DNA of 62,614 nt, filler included, from Streblomastix strix (taxonomy: Eukaryota), in assembly GCA_008636045.1 (NCBI GenBank). It is 2 parts of 2 records of this genome, joined end to end, with 100 filler letters (N's around TTAATTAATTAA, not from the genome) between each part and the next. Parts side by side here need not be neighbours in the genome. Positions count along the whole stretch, not along the records: positions 31,399 to 62,614 come from SNRW01000084.1; 1 more part is not named here. The stretch is one strand, 5' to 3'. The position numbers and the translations under genes are program-made. Of the stretch, positions 58,103 through 62,614 are shown piece after piece (position 1 is the stretch's first letter; every line of letters starts with the position of its first letter). The notes below the pieces were generated by a model, which was not told the DNA's origin, ran no database searches, and saw only the letters and a list, made by a program, of their open reading frames with translations.

Positions 58103-60304
58103 ATGATGAGGTTAATTATTTGTTTGGTAGTTTTTATAATTTTCAAAATATTTATTTGTGCATAAAACAGTTTAATTCAAAACGTTGCTCGTGCTGATTC
58201 AATGCAAGTAATAAATAAAGTATATTATACATAATTTCAATTGACAATAATTTTTACTATTATTATTAATTTTTATTTAAAGAGCCAACAACCAGAAGGA
58301 TTTGTTACTACTTCGCGTGCCGGGCCTGTATAAAAGGCTGTAGATGTTTATCACATACCCGCTTCCGGTGATCACTCTGTTAGGAGTTTTTATTGTACAT
58401 AATCAGCTACAACTTATGTGCGCCATCCGATTTAATTTGATCGGAAAGCTTAGCGCTAGAGAGCGATGTCATCAGGTAAGGCAGTTTCTAAGATTAATAC
58501 AGGATATTCTAACAATAGGCATCCTCTTTTTGTAAATGAAAGATATAAACCAGAACCTTAGAACCTGTCGAAAAAAGCATAAGAAAAAGCTCTTGTGGCA
58601 AAAAGATTAGAATACGAGGGAGATTTACCAATGTCGATCTACAAAAGTGACTTTCTTACTCCAGAAGGACAACGAGAAGCACGTCGGTAGTATCTTGCGG
58701 ACACAGCTATGTATAGAGAATCAGATGGGTCTAAAGAGAAAACACTCGAGCGTCTCGCGGAAAAGGAAGGAGTACTGAAACTATTTGCTCAGCCTGAAGA
58801 TTATATTCCCAGATAAGTCTTCCAGGAGCTGAGTGGTTATGAGAGAAACAACAATAGTGATGTTGGAAATGAGTTTGTAAAGGCAGACTATGAAGATAAA
58901 GCATACTAAGCATCTCCATTTGCACCAGGATCAACAATGCAGCCATCAGTAAAACTTGAATCAAAAAGAATCAACCAAATAAATGCAGAGAACGATTTCA
59001 AAGGGCCATCAAGGTTTTCAACAACTTATAAAACATTCCACAATGAAAAACCACTTGAACGAGCACCGCACTTACATCCAATAAATGAATATGAAAGTGA
59101 TGTGTAGATTGATGTTGGACCTCTTGAACCAACTGGATTCACACATAATATCACACAACTATACGAACATCGTGCTGTTCCTAAAGAGATGGTAGCTGTT
59201 GAGCCATCAAGTGAGTTTGTAGAACATCTGAAGAAACTTCCAATTGTTCAAATGCGTCGAAATAAAGAAACGAATCCATTAGTTGATGATTCAGCATATT
59301 ATGAGAAATATCCGAATTAAGAAAAGAACTTCAATTCAAAACCACCAACGATTATGAAGATCTCATATTAAAATCCACCTTACTTTGATGGAAGTGAAGC
59401 TGTTCCTAGATAAGTATTCATGGATAAATCAGGATATAGTGTTAACAATATGCCAGCAATAGGAAGACCTCTAGGATCAGGAGCTTATGAGTTTGATAAT
59501 GGGCTTGGACATGAAGTTGAAGGAGTGACTTAACAATAAGTGAAATTAATGCGAGATAAGCGGCCTATGGAATATGAATAGTTACATTTAGGACGTAAAA
59601 TGCGAAGTGTCTATCAGACGAGTTATGCTGATCCATAATCACCGCATCGACCAGGATCAATACTTCGACCATCTATTATGGCTCAAAGATTAGATGAATA
59701 TGATCGAAACAGAGATATCACTCTACAATCTCCAGCTTCAACACGTGTTTTCCAATCGAGTATAATTGAAGGTCGACAAATTCCATCTAAAGGGAAAGGA
59801 GTAGATTTATTGAGTGGAGATACAAGATTGCTTACAATTAGCGAGAGAGAGAATATAATTGGAGTTATGCGAGATAAACATCATGGATTGGGTGAAGGCA
59901 GATCAGTTACTAACAATTTCAAGGAAGAAACAGGGCATTCGCACAATGTATTACCTGTATATGGAAATGAACGATGGAAACCAGAACCATTATATTTATC
60001 ATCTGAACAATAAGAGAAAGGACTTGTATCTAAAAGACTTGAATATGAAGGTGATGTCCCAACCACGATCTATAAGAGCGATTATATATCACCAGATGCA
60101 TAGAGGACTCAAAGACGTGAATATCTTGCGAATACAGCGATAGGACGAGATCTTGATAAGAATATTGATGCGACATGCTAAAGACTTGCATCTAAAGCTG
60201 GAGCTATCAAATTGTATGCTCAGAAAGAAGATCATTTGCCACGATAGGTATTCATTAGCCCTAGTGGATTCACACGAGCTGTTAACTAATTGAAACTTGC
60301 ATGA
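58103..60304 (+). CDS. SAXO4/PPP1R32-like microtubule inner protein (start uncertain: 58061, 58091 or 58103)
   Basis: SFYCTQSATTY...TGYSNNRHP near the N-terminus, and recurring EPTGFT, KSGYSVNN, KEETGHS, PSGFT and SVYQTSY motifs, as in PPP1R32/SAXO4. Two short 5' introns, then a 2-kb exon; TGA 60302-60304. Confidence 0.6.
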
Positions 60305-60759
60305 AACAATTTTATTTAATTTATTTCCTTTTCACTTAAATTATTATATTTAGTTCCATTTATTTAATGATTTTTCATAAACATTTAATTATTACATTTC
60401 ATTTTAATTTTCCTCACTTCAAGTTTTCATTTCACTTTTCTTAAATTTAATTTATTCATTGATCCCTCTCATATTGTAAATAATAAAGATATATTAACAA
60501 TCTTCTGATACTTAAATTGAATATTTTAATGATAAAGTTATAATAAAATGATATTTAATACAACAAAAAACTTTTTTAAATTATTTAAAAAATATATTCT
60601 TTATTAATTCGTTTGTTTTTGAAACGAGAGGTTGTAATTAAATGAAGGATAAAGTTCAATATTCAATGAAAATTTCTAAATTTTCTTTTTAGTAAATTGA
60701 TTTTTTTTTTACTATATGAAGTAAAAAATTCTTATATGTTATGTAATTACTTTAATACA

Positions 60760-62340
60760 AATGATCAAGATTTGATGCGCATAATACCGCGCTGATCTTG
60801 AGAAGATTTGGTTTGGTCATTCTGGAACTACTAGAGTTGCTAATGGAACTTAATCCAAGTTGATTTTATTGATTGAAAACCCATCTCAAGCTACTGCCCA
60901 TTTATCGTATTTGATTGAGCAGAGTCTGCAAGTTTATCTGTTGTATCGGTTAGAAAATATATCTATTGAAATATAAACTTAGGATTCATTTATCTCTGCT
61001 CTTATAATCTCTGATTTCAGCTCGTAGTCTCAGATTTGCTCATTCTAGATAGGCTATCTAAAACTATATTACGAATTTCCGGAATGTGCAAAGTCAAGAT
61101 CCATCTTCGATTACTCTGTGAGTGAGTTAATATTAAATCCACAATCGGAACAATCGATGTTGCTCCTTGCATCTTGTTAATACAATACGATGTCAATGTG
61201 CTAATGTAACTCAGATCTTGTTTTGTCCACAAATTATGGGCTAATACTTCGTGATGCTTCACTTAATTATATGTTGCTCCCCACCCAAGGGAGGAATTGT
61301 CCATTTATATTGATACCCAAACTGTTGGTGTTTGAAGTTGAGAGGTTGGTTTTTGTTAATTTGTGATTTTTATTATTCCAATTCTACGAGAATGGCTGTG
61401 GCAACGATTATTTAGGTTACTAATCCTAATATTTTTGTTATGTTTGTGATAATGTTGTTCATTTTCATTCAATGGAAATGATACCTTTTTGATTGACAAT
61501 GATAGGAAGTTAAGTTTGGCACAAATTGTTGCCAATTACCTTATTCTTGTTATATAATTCCTTCTAATCTAACTCATGAAAGCATTGATCGATTTGATTA
61601 GGTTTACCTTTCACTATGATGTTATTTCGATCATCATTGTTCTTGTGTTTGTATTCCAGCCAAAATTGGATGTCCAATTAATTATTTCTAAAGTTTTCGC
61701 TTCCAAAATTTCTTTATTTTTTATCGAGCAATAATAAATCATATACGTAAGAGATTATCGAGAGACTCCATCTTGATCATATTTCTTTCATTATTGGTCT
61801 TAGTGTTTTAGTGGAACACTCAAGGAGCGAGGGATATGCCAAACAGCATCCCGATGCATTAATATATCTGGTTTCTAAATCTGAAACAGAGGAAAGGAGC
61901 TAATTTCTGGTCAATCTTGACATGATAAAACGCTTGTTTCAAATCGATAGTTGTACTATACATGTTGAAATCCTGAAGATCTTGCAGTTAACTAAAGTTT
62001 TCCATTTGAAAATGTTTTGTTATCAATTGGCTGTTAACCTTCCAGCAATCCACTATCTTTCTCTTGGATCCGCATGGCTTGCAAATCAGAAAACAACGAT
62101 TTATGAATTTTGCTTCATCTCATGATACTATCTTAATTATTCAAGCTTCTAGCTCTTGTCAAACTGCACCTTAGAACAGATCGATTTATTATTATGATCC
62201 TTTGAACTAATTGTATGTTATCTTTTCCTACAGGATTGCCTTGCTTTAATTTGAGAGCCAATTCGGATATATTCCCCTTTTTATAACTCTTTCTGATCCT
62301 ATCTTTTTTCGTTCCTCTTTAAAGTGCTACCGTAGCAGAA
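60760..62340 (-). mobile_element. Second, more degraded DIRS-like retrotransposon fragment (RT, RNaseH, MT)
   Basis: CFLICKPCGSKRKIVDC..VN...KHFQMEN, TTIDLKQAFYHV, MLFGISLAP*VF, YVYD in place of YxDD, DNSSLGWGAT, HIPEIRNIVLDSLSRM and IDIFSNRYN. Contains frameshifts and stops. Confidence 0.85.
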
Positions 62341-62614
62341 AAAATGGGTAATATTACGGCAAAATGGGGAATCATTATCAAAACGAACGATTAAAATTAA
62401 TTTTATTATTACATTTATTAAATAATCTTATGATACGTAAATATATAAAATATTATAAAAATCTGATGTGTGCATCTGTCAAAAATCTACAAAACATAAA
62501 ATTCCCTATATTTTTAGCTAAAATCAATCGCTGATCTTTAATGAGAGAAGCAATACTCTATCATTAAGACTATAATAAATATATAGAAAGTAATGTATTT
62601 AACATAATAAGCAA

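Overview
AT-rich, intron-rich eukaryotic DNA read with a non-standard code: TAA and TAG are in frame at glutamine positions in every recognisable gene and only TGA terminates (translation table 6). The supplied standard-code ORF track is therefore mostly fragments or antisense shadows. The code and gene content fit an oxymonad such as Streblomastix (inference). The window is two contigs joined by an artificial N44-TTAATTAATTAA-N44 spacer at 31299-31398. About 15 genes were read by hand: two PHO80-like cyclins, an IFRD-family protein, a U-box protein, an ARM-like protein, a CK1/TTBK-like probable pseudokinase with a CaaX box, a roughly 30-exon OSCA/TMEM63-like channel, a NEK-like kinase with SPRY-like repeats, V-ATPase subunit H, Ste24, TMEM147, a TM2-domain protein, a USP7-derived domain-shuffled protein, a SAXO4/PPP1R32-like protein and one hypothetical protein. 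Mobile DNA comprises three TAGG-ended TIR elements with target-site duplications and two decayed DIRS-like retrotransposons. The most notable observations are the USP7-like protein with no catalytic domain, a covarying hairpin array at the 3' end of a DIRS element, hAT-type ends around a Mutator-like transposase remnant, and splice acceptors sitting just before many start codons. Family calls rest on motif recognition by eye, not database searches, and exon boundaries are manual.
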